Origin: Alphaproteobacteria bacterium HGW-Alphaproteobacteria-11
Lineage (GTDB): Bacteria > Pseudomonadota > Alphaproteobacteria > Parvibaculales > Parvibaculaceae
Direction of reading: 5' to 3'
Assembly: GCA_002841195.1 (NCBI GenBank)
Contig: PHEO01000001.1
Coordinates: 1-58,294, forward strand
Length of the DNA: 58,294 bases
Below are positions 48,791 through 58,294 of the stretch, piece by piece (positions within the stretch are counted from its first letter, which is position 1; each line of letters starts with the position of its first letter). The notes under the pieces are model-generated. The model ran no database searches, had not been told where the DNA came from, and saw nothing but the letters and a program-made list of their open reading frames with translations. The translations under genes were made by a program, and so were the position numbers.

Positions 48791-49471
48791 ATGCTGGATA
48801 GCGGGGTTGATCGCGTGCCGGTCAGCCGGCCGGGTTTTTTCTCGCGGCTTGCGACGACGCTTGCAAGGCTGGTCGTGCCGGTGGTCGCCCTGTGCCTGGT
48901 GCTTGGCGTCGCGTTCCTCTTGCGCGATATGCCGATGCAGGAGGCTCGCCATCTCAGCGTCATCGATCCGCGGCTCGACACCGGAGACTGGCTGACCTGG
49001 GGTCTCGTCGTTCTGCCCGCGGTTTTTTTCGTTCTCAATCTGACGAGCCGGCGTTATGGCGCGGCATTGACCCTGACAGCCACCTTTATTTCATGGTTGC
49101 TGATCGGCGGCGCCGTCGGCTGGGCCGTCCATGAGGGGATTGTCGCTAACTTCGCTACGGAGATTGCGCCTTACCCGGAGGCGGCGGCTCTCGTAGGTGC
49201 GCTGGCGACCGCGCAACTCGTCAACGTCCTGACTTTCGACTGGATGCGCGGTATTCCGTGGTGGAAGGCGCCTTTTCTGGCAGCGCTGATCGGCGGCGTT
49301 GCGTTTTCCGCTGCCTTCAACATGCGGCCGACCGCGCTGTGGGACGATGGCATGGTTGCGCGTCTGATTGTCGAGAGCGGTCTCTATTTCAGTTGGGCGT
49401 TGTTGCAGCTTCTTCCGACCGGGATGATGCGCCGGACGATCCGTCCGCTGCCGGGCTTCGGGGGAGCCTGA
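48791..49471 (+). CDS. Membrane protein, divergent VUT/YhhQ (queuosine precursor transporter)-like
   Basis: About 6 TM segments; LTWG..VLPAVF..LNLTSRRYG, AQLVNV..FD, WWKAP motifs; position after rpmB. Confidence 0.65.
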   Translation: MLDSGVDRVPVSRPGFFSRLATTLARLVVPVVALCLVLGVAFLLRDMPMQEARHLSVIDPRLDTGDWLTWGLVVLPAVFFVLNLTSRRYGAALTLTATFISWLLIGGAVGWAVHEGIVANFATEIAPYPEAAALVGALATAQLVNVLTFDWMRGIPWWKAPFLAALIGGVAFSAAFNMRPTALWDDGMVARLIVESGLYFSWALLQLLPTGMMRRTIRPLPGFGGA

Positions 49472-50531
49472 CGGGTTCGGTCATCGCCGCCGAAGTTTCG
49501 CTCTTCAGGCGAAACATCAGCAGCAGTGTTCGTTGCAGCACGTTGAAGTTGTCGTCCGAGATCATGTAGATCACCAGGTCGCCGTTCTTGTCCTCGCGAA
49601 CGGCTAGCCCTTCCATATTGTCGACCGAGTAGCGCTGTCCGACATCGATCAATACTTCGCCATCGACCACTTCTCCGGCGGCAATGTCGACGCGGCGGAT
49701 CAGGCGCATCTGCATGCCGACACCGGCAAGCATCGAAAAGCGGCGTTCGAGAAGCAGCAGGTCGCCGTTCGGCAACAGCGCCATGTCGGTCGGCTTGAAA
49801 GGATTGCGCGGCCGCACCGCGAACCATGAAATATCGTGACTGTCGGCGATGAAAGCCTTGATGTTACCGCGGGGATCCAGAGTGTCTTCCGTGATCGCGA
49901 GAATTCGCGGTTCGCCGCCGTCTTCAGCCGGAGGCAGGAGCTCGATCGACTCGATGCCGCCATTGGAATTGAGGCGCCCGAAATGGCGCTGTGTCAGGAG
50001 CTGTTCGGGACGCGCCGAAAACCCGTCGGCGCCGAGATCGTATCGCCAAATGCGATGCGCGCGCTCGAAACTGACATAGGCCTTGCCCGCAAGCGTCGCG
50101 TCGGCCGTGTCGACAACAAGGCCTTCCGCATCCCCAAGCGTCTTTCCGGCAATCGGTTGACCGTCCAGTCCGAGCATCGGAGCCATGCGGCCCTCGGCCA
50201 GCCCCGACAAGCGCCCGCGTTCGTCATAGAGCATCATCGCGCTGAACCATTGTCCCTCGTCGGAAACGGCGAGCAACATGGTGCCGTCCGGATTGACGGC
50301 GAGGCCGGACCAACCGCCGAATTCCGGCTTCGGCGATCTGATCTCGATGCCGCCGGCCCATTCCAGCCTGCCGGTGCGCGTTTCGCCGCGGTCTTCCGGG
50401 TTCCAGAAAAGCGTGTTGGTCTTGAGTTCGATGCGTTCGGCATCGGCATGGGCGGGGGAATGGACGGGTGCGGTTGTCGCAACAAGCGCGAAGAAAACCA
50501 GCACACGGGCAATCGTGGTCGGGCGATGCAA
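49389..50531 (-). CDS. Esterase-like activity of phytase family protein
   Basis: Signal peptide; FGGWSGL, VSDEG, DAEGL, SFE, NGGIE, DNMEGL, ISDDNF, QRTLL. Confidence 0.88.
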   Translation of the reverse strand: MHRPTTIARVLVFFALVATTAPVHSPAHADAERIELKTNTLFWNPEDRGETRTGRLEWAGGIEIRSPKPEFGGWSGLAVNPDGTMLLAVSDEGQWFSAMMLYDERGRLSGLAEGRMAPMLGLDGQPIAGKTLGDAEGLVVDTADATLAGKAYVSFERAHRIWRYDLGADGFSARPEQLLTQRHFGRLNSNGGIESIELLPPAEDGGEPRILAITEDTLDPRGNIKAFIADSHDISWFAVRPRNPFKPTDMALLPNGDLLLLERRFSMLAGVGMQMRLIRRVDIAAGEVVDGEVLIDVGQRYSVDNMEGLAVREDKNGDLVIYMISDDNFNVLQRTLLLMFRLKSETSAAMTEPVRLPRSPAADGSSGASSRSEEAATTPN

Positions 50532-50623
50532 TTTACTATTCCCTCTACCTCGTACCGCCGGAAACTCAGACGACGGTGCGACCGGGAGGCATCATATCGG
50601 TGCGCCGTCGCGAGACAAGAGAT

Positions 50624-52036
50624 TCAGGTACGTCGCGCCCAAGGTGCTTCGTCGAGCCGCAGCGCGCCGCGCCGCAGCCAGCGGTAGAGCATCAGCGACG
50701 AAGCGGCGGCGAGCCCGGTTGCGAGGCCAAGCCAGATACCGAGACCTTCCATTTCCAGCGGAAACGCCAGCACCACACCCGATGTCAGCCCGATCAGCCA
50801 ATAGCTGATGCCGGCATAGATCATCGGCACGCGCGTGTCGTGGAGACCGCGCAGCATTCCGACGCCAATCGACTGCGCGCCGTCGAAAACCTGAAAAAGT
50901 GCGGCAACGGCGAGGAAGGTAACGGCAAGTTCGATCACGCTGGCGTTTTCAGGTGCGGTCCGGTCGAGAAAGGCGCCGATCAGCGGATAGGGAAAGAGGA
51001 TCATCACCAGCGCCATAAATCCCATAAAGACGACACCCATGACGAACGGCGTCCAGCCGGCGCGGCGGATCGCATCGCGGTCGCCGGCACCGTAGGCGCG
51101 GCCGACGCGCACCGTGACGGCTTGCGAGAAGCCGAGCGGCACCATGAAGGAGATAGCCGCAATCTGCAGGGCGATTGCATGCGCGGCGAGCGATGCGGCA
51201 CCGAAAAGTCCGATCAGGAAGACGGCGGCATTGAAGACCGACACTTCAAGGCCAAGCGTCACGGCGATCGGCAGACCGAGTCGCCAGATTTCCCGGTAGC
51301 GCGACCAGTCGGCTCGCCAGAACCGTCCGAACAAATAATAGCGGCGGAACTGCCGGTCGTAGAGCACGACGAGGCCCAGGGCGGCGAACATGAAACTGCA
51401 GGACAGCACGCTGCCGATGCCCGCGCCGACGAGGCCCAGCGCCGGGAATCCGAAATGTCCGAACATCAGGCAATAATTGGCGAAGGCGTTGAACGGAACG
51501 GCGATGCCGCTGATGACGAACGCCCAGCGTGGCCGTTCAAGTGCTGCGATGAAGGAACGCAGCACGATGTAGAACAGCATCGGCAGCAACGACCATTGCA
51601 TGGCGCGCACATAGGATGCACCTTCCTTCGCCAGTGTCGGCTCCTGACCGGGTACGAGGAGTATCCACTCGGCATTCCAGAGCAATACCCAGAACGGTAT
51701 GACGATTGTAAGTCCTGCCCAGAATGCCTGGCGCACGGTGCGGCGTACATCGCGCACAGAATGTTTGCGGCGGCCAAGTTCGGCCGCGATCATCGGCGAG
51801 GCGGCGGTCATCAGGCCAATGCCGAATATGAAGACGAGGAAATAGAGGTTGGATCCGAGTGTGCCGGCGGCGAGTGTGTCCGGACCGAGCCAGCCCATCA
51901 TCAGCACATCGGTGGCGTTGATCGCGACCTGAGCGAGATTGGTGAAAACCAGCGGCCAGGACAAGGCAAGCGTCGCCTTCGCCTCGTCAATCCAGAGACG
52001 GTTATCCGAGCGGAATGTGGCGAGCGCGGCGCGCAT
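50624..52036 (-). CDS. MATE family efflux transporter (NorM-like)
   Basis: TDVLMMG, RLGLPIA, AAHAIALQ, FQVFDG, LRGLHDT. Confidence 0.93.
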   Translation of the reverse strand: MRAALATFRSDNRLWIDEAKATLALSWPLVFTNLAQVAINATDVLMMGWLGPDTLAAGTLGSNLYFLVFIFGIGLMTAASPMIAAELGRRKHSVRDVRRTVRQAFWAGLTIVIPFWVLLWNAEWILLVPGQEPTLAKEGASYVRAMQWSLLPMLFYIVLRSFIAALERPRWAFVISGIAVPFNAFANYCLMFGHFGFPALGLVGAGIGSVLSCSFMFAALGLVVLYDRQFRRYYLFGRFWRADWSRYREIWRLGLPIAVTLGLEVSVFNAAVFLIGLFGAASLAAHAIALQIAAISFMVPLGFSQAVTVRVGRAYGAGDRDAIRRAGWTPFVMGVVFMGFMALVMILFPYPLIGAFLDRTAPENASVIELAVTFLAVAALFQVFDGAQSIGVGMLRGLHDTRVPMIYAGISYWLIGLTSGVVLAFPLEMEGLGIWLGLATGLAAASSLMLYRWLRRGALRLDEAPWARRT

Positions 52037-52107
52037 GGCGTCAAAAGCCCTGAATGGAGAAAAGCCGCGCAGATTATCCGTATCCGGCGGAAGCTCAAGC
52101 GCCGAAT

Positions 52108-53280
52108 TCAGACGATGGACGACTTTCTCGTTCGGAGCCAGGCGATGACCGGGAACGGCAGATAGGCGGCGAAGATCAGTACGACCGCCAGTACGAGGCC
52201 GTGCGGGTCCCAGAGCTGCATTGCAAAGCCCGAAAGCGGCGTGCCGATCAGGGCGCCGGTGCCCCACATGGCGGTTGTGAAAGCGCTGGCGCCCGCAAGC
52301 TCGGCGCCGCGGAAGCGCTCGCCGACCAGCACCATGCCGAGCGTGAAGATGCCATTGGCAAGGCCGACGACCAGAAAGAGGACGATGCCGGTCGCGATCA
52401 ACGTGGGTACCGCGAAGGGAAGCAGCGCATAACCGGCCATCGTCGCCAGCACAAGACCGATCAGGAGACCGAGCCGGTTCATCCGGTCGGCGGCGATGCC
52501 GACAATCGGTTGCATGACGATGGCGCCTATCGCGGCGACCGTCAGCAGCGCGAGGCTGACGCTTTCGGCCATTCCGGATCGTATGGCGTAGAGGGGGAAA
52601 AACGTGACCAGAGATTCTTCGGCGGCGGCATAGAACAGATTGACCAGCAGCGCGGCCGGCGCAACGAAGACCAGCCGCCACATGGGCGACGATTTCTCGG
52701 TTTTTTCGAAGTGATTGCGGCTCTTGTCGGCCGTGGTGACCAGGATGGCGGCTGCAATCATCAATGCTCCGCCCAGATAGAAGGGCTCAACGCCCGTTCC
52801 GAGTACCACCAGCGTTGCCGGTCCAAGCGCGAAGCCGGCGGCCGCCGAGGCGCCGTAGATGCCGATGATCTTGCCGCGCTTGGCGTCTTCGGCGAGCGCG
52901 TTGATCCAGGCTTCGCTGGTCGCCCAGAGCAGCGTGCCCGCGATGCCGAGCAGGAAGCGGAGCGGGAACCAGGCATAAAAATTGGCGTAGTAGCCGATCA
53001 GCAGGAAGGAGGTGCCTGCCAGCAACAAGCCGCCGATCATCACATTGGCGGGGCCGAAGCGGCGCATGATCCAGGGCGCGATCGGCGAGATCAGAAAGAC
53101 CGGCGCGGCCTGTGCGGCCGCCGATAGCCCGATCAGGCCGGGCTCCGCGCCCTGACGGGCCATGATCAGCGCCGCAAGCGGGAAGGCGATGCCCATCGAC
53201 AGATTGACCATCCCCATCGAGACGATGGCGGCAGCGAGGCTGCGCTTGCGGCGGGGCTGCGTGGGGATGAAGCTTGACAT
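52108..53280 (-). CDS. MFS transporter
   Basis: About 12 hydrophobic segments; ESW-like SEAWIN, RGKIIG, GIAADRMNR. Confidence 0.9.
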   Translation of the reverse strand: MSSFIPTQPRRKRSLAAAIVSMGMVNLSMGIAFPLAALIMARQGAEPGLIGLSAAAQAAPVFLISPIAPWIMRRFGPANVMIGGLLLAGTSFLLIGYYANFYAWFPLRFLLGIAGTLLWATSEAWINALAEDAKRGKIIGIYGASAAAGFALGPATLVVLGTGVEPFYLGGALMIAAAILVTTADKSRNHFEKTEKSSPMWRLVFVAPAALLVNLFYAAAEESLVTFFPLYAIRSGMAESVSLALLTVAAIGAIVMQPIVGIAADRMNRLGLLIGLVLATMAGYALLPFAVPTLIATGIVLFLVVGLANGIFTLGMVLVGERFRGAELAGASAFTTAMWGTGALIGTPLSGFAMQLWDPHGLVLAVVLIFAAYLPFPVIAWLRTRKSSIV

Positions 53281-53430
53281 GGGCGGCGCTCCGAAGGGTT
53301 CTGTTAAATAAACAATAATGTTTTTAAAATAAAGGAATTTCTTGCGTATCAGATCAAAGCATTGAGTTTAATCACTTATTTTATAATCGAAGGGCTTGAA
53401 AAATAGACCGCGTGGCGGCATTCTCCAGCC

Positions 53431-54054
53431 ATGCATTCGACTCCCGAACGTATCCTGCACCTGCTCAAGAAGAACGGTCCGCAAACCGCCGAGATGCTTG
53501 GCGACGCATTGTCGATGACGTCGATGGGCGCGCGACGGCATCTGCATGCGCTCGGCAAGGCCGGTCAGATCGAATCCTTCGACAAGTCCGAAGGTGTCGG
53601 CCGCCCGCGACAGTTCTGGCGTTTGACGCCCGAGGGCCATGCGCGTTTCGGCGACGCACATGCCGAGCTGACGGCCAAGATGATCGGCGATGTGCGCCGT
53701 CTCTTCGGCGAAGACGGGCTCGCCAAACTCGTCGCCGAACGCGAGCGCGACATGCGGCTGACCTATGAGAGGGAGATGGCGGGTGCGTCGACGCTTGCGG
53801 CCCGCGTCGCGGCGCTGGCGGCGGTCCGCGCGGCCGAGGGCTACATGGCGCGGGTCGAGCGCGACGGCGAGGATTTCATCCTGATCGAGGATCACTGCCC
53901 GATCTGCGCAGCCGCGAGCGCGTGTCAGGGCTTCTGTCGGTCGGAACTGGCGCTTTTCCGGATGATGCTGGGCGAAGGCGCGCGTGTCGCGCGCGAGGAA
54001 TATCTGCTCGACGATGGCCGGCGGTGCACCTACCGAATCGTAAAGGCCAAGTGA
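53431..54054 (+). CDS. wHTH transcriptional regulator, SufR/COG2345-like, Cys-rich C-terminus
   Basis: RRHLHAL, GVGRP, HCPICAAASACQGFC..EL, RC.Y. Confidence 0.85.
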   Translation: MHSTPERILHLLKKNGPQTAEMLGDALSMTSMGARRHLHALGKAGQIESFDKSEGVGRPRQFWRLTPEGHARFGDAHAELTAKMIGDVRRLFGEDGLAKLVAERERDMRLTYEREMAGASTLAARVAALAAVRAAEGYMARVERDGEDFILIEDHCPICAAASACQGFCRSELALFRMMLGEGARVAREEYLLDDGRRCTYRIVKAK

Positions 54055-54058
54055 CCCT

Positions 54059-55978
54059 CTAGCGCACCGCGCGGGCGGCGCGGGCGGAGACGCCGCCGCG
54101 CTTCTTCGGCGCGTCCTGGCCGCGCGCCTTCAACTGGCCGCGGCGCAGTGTCGTCTCGTCGTCGAACAGCTCGGCGAGTTTTTCGGTCATCGCGCCACCC
54201 AGTTGTTCAGCATCGACGATGGTGACGGCGCGGCGATAGTAGCGCGTGACGTCGTGACCAATGCCGATGGCGATCAGCTCGACCGGCGAGCGGGTTTCGA
54301 TCTGCTCGATGACCGAGCGCAGGTGCTTTTCGAGATAGTTGCCGGCGTTGACCGATAGCGTCGAATCGTCGACCGGCGCGCCGTCAGAAATCACCATCAT
54401 GATGCGGCGCTGTTCGGGACGCGCCAGCAGGCGGTTATAGGCCCAGATCAGCGCCTCGCCGTCGATGTTTTCCTTCAGCAGGCCTTCGCGCATCATCAGG
54501 CCGAGGTTGCGGCGTGCGCGGCGCCACGGGCTGTCGGCCGATTTGTATACGATGTGGCGCAGATCGTTGAGGCGTCCGGGCTGTGCGGGCTTGCCTTCCG
54601 CCAGCCAGCGCTCGCGCGATTGTCCGCCCTTCCAGGCGCGGGTCGTGAAGCCGAGAATCTCGACCTTGACGCCGCAGCGTTCCAGCGTGCGTGCCAGAAT
54701 GTCGGCACACATCGCTGCGACGGTGATCGGCCGGCCGCGCATCGAGCCCGAATTGTCGAGCAGCAGCGTCACCACCGTGTCGCGGAAATTCATGTCGTGC
54801 TCGACCTTGAAGGCGAGCGGTTGCATCGGATCGACGACGGCGCGGGTCAGGCGCGCCGCATCGAGAATGCCTTCCTCGAGATCGAATTCCCAGGTGCGGT
54901 TTTGTTGCGCCAGCAAGCGGCGCTGCAGGCGGTTGGCGAGACGCGAGACGACGCCCTGCATCTGCTGCAGTTGCTGATCGAGATACTGGCGCAGGCGCGA
55001 CAGTTCTTCGAGATCGCAAAGGTCTTCGGCGGCGATCACTTCGTCGTATTGCGGCGTGAAAACCTTGTAGGCGGCGCGATTTTTGTCGTCGCCCTGCTGG
55101 TTCGGGCGCCAGGGCTGGTTGCCTTCGCTGGTTTCGTCGGTGTCGCCGTCCGACGGCACGTCGTCGGCATCGACTTCGACCGTCTGCTCGTCGCCTTCCT
55201 CGCCTTCGCCTTCCGAATACTCAACCTGGTCGGCCGACGAGCCTTCGGGCTGTTCGGCCTCGCCTGACTGGCTTTGTTCGGAACTGTCCTGGCTGTCGCC
55301 TTCCTGATCGTCGGCATCGTCGGAGGTCTGGTCAGGGGCTTCGCCGAGTTCATCGCCCATGTCGAGATCGACCAGAATGTCGCGCGTCGCGCGGGCAAAG
55401 GCCTTCTGGTCCCCGATCACCTCGCCGAGCCGCTCGAGATCGTTGCCGGCTTTTTCCTCAATCCATGAGCGCCACTGGTCGACCAGCTTGCGGGCTGAAG
55501 GTGGCGGCGCCTCACCGGTCAACTTCTCGCGCACCATCATCGCCACCGCCTCGGCAAGCGGCGCCTCATCGCGCGAGGATATGCGGTCGTAGCCACGCGA
55601 TGCGCAACGCTGTTCGAGCGCCGCTGTCAGGTTTTGCGACATGCCGGCCATCTGATTGGCGCCGATTGCCTCGACGCGCGCCTGCTCCACAGCGTCGAAA
55701 ACGGCTAGCGCGTTGCCGCCTTCCGGCTGCAACGACGCATTGATCTTTTCATCGTGATGGGCGATGCGCAGCGCATAGGCGTCGGAGACGCCGCGCACCT
55801 GTGCTACCTCCGCCGGCGGCAACGTGCGGCTTGGAAGGGGCAGCCGGGCGCGCAGACCGCGCAGGCCCGGTGCTTCCGTTCCAAAGGTGACATTGAGCTC
55901 CGGCTCGGCCGCGATCGTGCGCATGGTTTGCGCCAGCGCACGCTTGAACGGTTCGACGGGGCCTTCTTTCGATGTCAT
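54059..55978 (-). CDS. cobT: Cobaltochelatase subunit CobT
   Basis: EQARVEAIG, acidic linker, v[34 protein letters not shown]. Confidence 0.95.
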   Translation of the reverse strand: MTSKEGPVEPFKRALAQTMRTIAAEPELNVTFGTEAPGLRGLRARLPLPSRTLPPAEVAQVRGVSDAYALRIAHHDEKINASLQPEGGNALAVFDAVEQARVEAIGANQMAGMSQNLTAALEQRCASRGYDRISSRDEAPLAEAVAMMVREKLTGEAPPPSARKLVDQWRSWIEEKAGNDLERLGEVIGDQKAFARATRDILVDLDMGDELGEAPDQTSDDADDQEGDSQDSSEQSQSGEAEQPEGSSADQVEYSEGEGEEGDEQTVEVDADDVPSDGDTDETSEGNQPWRPNQQGDDKNRAAYKVFTPQYDEVIAAEDLCDLEELSRLRQYLDQQLQQMQGVVSRLANRLQRRLLAQQNRTWEFDLEEGILDAARLTRAVVDPMQPLAFKVEHDMNFRDTVVTLLLDNSGSMRGRPITVAAMCADILARTLERCGVKVEILGFTTRAWKGGQSRERWLAEGKPAQPGRLNDLRHIVYKSADSPWRRARRNLGLMMREGLLKENIDGEALIWAYNRLLARPEQRRIMMVISDGAPVDDSTLSVNAGNYLEKHLRSVIEQIETRSPVELIAIGIGHDVTRYYRRAVTIVDAEQLGGAMTEKLAELFDDETTLRRGQLKARGQDAPKKRGGVSARAARAVR

Positions 55979-56001
55979 TGGCCGTGTCGCTTTTCGGGTT
56001 T

Positions 56002-56997
56002 TCAGGCGACCTTGATGTTGGCCGCCGAATCCGGGAGATCCTCGCCGAAGGAGCGCTGGTAGAATTCGGCCACCGTTGCCCGCTCAAGCTCGTCGCATTT
56101 GTTGAGGAAGGTGACACGGAAGGCAAAGCCGATGTCGCCGCCGAATATCCGGGCGTTTTCCGCCCAGGTCAGCACGGTGCGCGGGCTCATCACGGTCGAG
56201 ATATCGCCGTTGATGAAGGCCGAGCGCGTCAGATCGGCAACGCGGACCATGGCCGCGATCTGCTTGCGGCCTTCTTCCGTTTCATAGCTCTTCAGTTTGG
56301 AGAGCATGATGTTCACTTCTTCGGCATGCGGCAGGTAATTCAGCGTCGTCACGACATTCCAGCGGTCCATCTGGCCCTGGTTGATCTGTTGTGTGCCGTG
56401 ATAGAGGCCCGAGGTGTCGCCGAGGCCGACGGTGTTGGCCGTTGCGAAGAGGCGGAATGCGGGATGCGGGCGGATGACGCGGTTCTGGTCGAGCAGTGTC
56501 AGCTTGCCCGATGCTTCGAGAATGCGCTGGATCACGAACATCACGTCCGGGCGGCCGGCATCGTATTCGTCGAAGACCAGTGCCACCGGGTGCTGTAGCG
56601 CCCAGGGCAGAATCCCTTCGCGGAATTCGGTCACCTGCTTGCCGTCCTTCAGGACGATTGCGTCCTTGCCGACGAGGTCAATGCGGCTGATATGGCTGTC
56701 GAGATTGATGCGGACGCAGGGCCAGTTGAGGCGCGCGGCCACCTGTTCGATATGGGTCGATTTACCGGTGCCGTGATAGCCCTGCACGATGACGCGGCGG
56801 TTGAACGCAAAGCCCGCGAGCAATGCGATGGTCGTATCGCGGTCGAACAGGTAGTCCGGATCGAAATCGGGCACATATTCGTTGGGTTCCGAGAAAGCCG
56901 GAACCTCCATGTCGAAGTCGATCTTGAACGTCTCGCGGACGGAAACCTTCTTGTCCGGGAGATTCTCGGTCATGCCGTTTCTTGCTTCGAAGCTCAT
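56002..56997 (-). CDS. cobS: Cobaltochelatase subunit CobS (AAA+)
   Basis: [38 protein letters not shown]; start 56997 or 56973. Confidence 0.96.
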   Translation of the reverse strand: MSFEARNGMTENLPDKKVSVRETFKIDFDMEVPAFSEPNEYVPDFDPDYLFDRDTTIALLAGFAFNRRVIVQGYHGTGKSTHIEQVAARLNWPCVRINLDSHISRIDLVGKDAIVLKDGKQVTEFREGILPWALQHPVALVFDEYDAGRPDVMFVIQRILEASGKLTLLDQNRVIRPHPAFRLFATANTVGLGDTSGLYHGTQQINQGQMDRWNVVTTLNYLPHAEEVNIMLSKLKSYETEEGRKQIAAMVRVADLTRSAFINGDISTVMSPRTVLTWAENARIFGGDIGFAFRVTFLNKCDELERATVAEFYQRSFGEDLPDSAANIKVA

Positions 56998-57083
56998 TCC
57001 TGCCCTACTTCCGTACGTGTCTCTCAAATCCGCGCCGGGACACTGCCCCGGCGGGGCATTTCCAGGCTGTGCCGCGCCGCCGG

Positions 57084-57749
57084 TCAGCGGTAGCCGCTCT
57101 TGCGGAGGTAATCGTAGGCCTGAATGACCTTGCGGAGACGCTCCTCGGCCGACCTGTCGCCGCCATTGGCGTCGGGATGGTGTCTTTTGACCAGTTCCTT
57201 ATACCGTGCCTTGATTTCATTCAAGGAGGCGGTCCCGTCGAGGTCCAGCGTATCGAGCGCCTGTTGCTGCAGCGCACGGGGCTTGCGCCGCGTTTCCGGT
57301 TCCTCGGGGCGGGTTGACCCTGCGGCATCCTCAAAAAAGCCAAAGGCATCGCGAAAAGGCGCAGCCCGGCCCGTTCGGGCCCCAAACCGGGGTCCGAATG
57401 CTGCATTGGCCGCGTTGACGCCCAGATTCCAGGTCGGCCGGTGGCCGGTCAGCGCCTCGCGCTGGAAGGCGGCGATATCGGCGTCGCTCATGCCCTTGAA
57501 GAAGTCGTAGCTGCTGTTGAACTCGCGGATATGGGTGTCGCAGAACCACGCATATTGTGCGTCGGCGGCGACATCGAAGCCGGCGGCAGCGTTGGCGCGC
57601 GGTGCACGGTGCGGGCCGGGCTCGCGGCAGCCGGCCCATTCGCAGCGCCGCGGGGCGGCTGCTGCCTGGACATGCGTAGACCGCTCCAGGCCGCGCAACT
57701 TGCGCGGCGCGATCCGGATCGAATCGAAATATTTCGAGTTCAGTTTCAC
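57084..57749 (-). CDS. J-domain protein (C-terminal DnaJ domain)
   Basis: [29 protein letters not shown]. Confidence 0.92.
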   Translation of the reverse strand: MKLNSKYFDSIRIAPRKLRGLERSTHVQAAAAPRRCEWAGCREPGPHRAPRANAAAGFDVAADAQYAWFCDTHIREFNSSYDFFKGMSDADIAAFQREALTGHRPTWNLGVNAANAAFGPRFGARTGRAAPFRDAFGFFEDAAGSTRPEEPETRRKPRALQQQALDTLDLDGTASLNEIKARYKELVKRHHPDANGGDRSAEERLRKVIQAYDYLRKSGYR

Positions 57750-57869
57750 AGCTCAAATTATGGGTTGGCGTCGGTCTTAAAACAAGGAAGCATGACGTGC
57801 ATCGCCTCGTGCCGGTCGTTTGAACCCTAACAAGGCGCGCATTAACGAACAGCTTAACCGGAATCCGTC

Positions 57870-58148
57870 ATGTCCGTCGCCGAGACCATGCGCCGCAAGC
57901 TAGAAGCGGCGCTCGCACCGACAAAACTGGAAATCGAGGACCAATCGCATCTCCACAAGGGCCATGCCGGACACCGGCCGGGCGGGGAGAGCCATTTTCG
58001 CGTCGTCGTCGTCGCGCCGGGCTTCGCTGGCAAGTCGCGGGTCGAACGTCAGCGCATGGTGACGGCAGCGTTGAAGGATGAGATGGGCCACCCGATCCAT
58101 GCGCTGGGTATCAAGGCCATGACGCCGGAGGAAGCGGAGGCCGGCTAG
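57870..58148 (+). CDS. bolA: BolA family protein
   Basis: DQSHLHKGH, GESHF, FAGKSRVERQR, IHAL. Confidence 0.93.
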   Translation: MSVAETMRRKLEAALAPTKLEIEDQSHLHKGHAGHRPGGESHFRVVVVAPGFAGKSRVERQRMVTAALKDEMGHPIHALGIKAMTPEEAEAG

Positions 58149-58294
58149 TCGCCGGTGGCTGCCTTGAGAGAACGGGCCGGGGCGATGCGGAGTTGCGCGA
58201 TCTGGTTGCGCTGGCGGCGCAGAACCTCGAACCGGAAGCCGTGAAACGTAAATGTCTGGCCGACCTCGGGAATGGTTCGCGCCTCGTGGATTAC
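58145..58294 (-). CDS. HlyC/CorC family transporter, C-terminal end (truncated by window)
   Basis: Own translation VIHEARTIPEVGQTFTFHGFRFEVLRRQRNQIAQLRI...* matches the CorC_HlyC domain. Confidence 0.85.
   Translation of the reverse strand, partial: VIHEARTIPEVGQTFTFHGFRFEVLRRQRNQIAQLRIAPARSLKAATGD

Noticed and set aside
57842-57858. CtrA box upstream of bolA and the J-domain gene
   Set aside because: The spacing is TTAA-N8-TTAAC rather than the N7 consensus; the site at 38274 has N11.

Overview
GC-rich alphaproteobacterial chromosome segment; gene content and order look Parvibaculum/Hyphomicrobiales-like (inference). About 55 CDS and one tRNA-Arg(CCT). The left half is mostly lipid and acyl-CoA metabolism (CoA ligases, SDRs, alpha/beta hydrolases, an acyl-CoA dehydrogenase, and a GlpD/DAG-kinase/alkyl-DHAP-synthase-like operon). 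The right half is conserved core (rpoH-family sigma, carD, fdxA, helicase, scpA/meaB, rpmB, cobT/cobS, J-domain protein, bolA). Two accessory lower-GC patches are the best candidates for undescribed systems. (1) 13.56-16.3 kb: a translationally coupled pair of a CorA-like two-TM membrane protein and a divergent MIO-type ammonia-lyase (SSG instead of ASG). (2) 19.7-22.3 kb: a hotspot of CGTC-tagged palindromic (REP-like) repeats. One inverted pair brackets a small GIY-YIG nuclease, and a second inverted pair of the same subfamily brackets a foreign Hanks-type Ser/Thr kinase plus a frameshifted XRE-HTH gene. Also seen: a triple PHO box before an unknown secreted protein, a sigma54 plus IHF promoter before a 68-aa protein, and a CarD with a long histone-H1-like N-terminal tail. 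No CRISPR array, rRNA, transposase or integrase was recognised. All calls come from motif recognition by eye; no searches were run.
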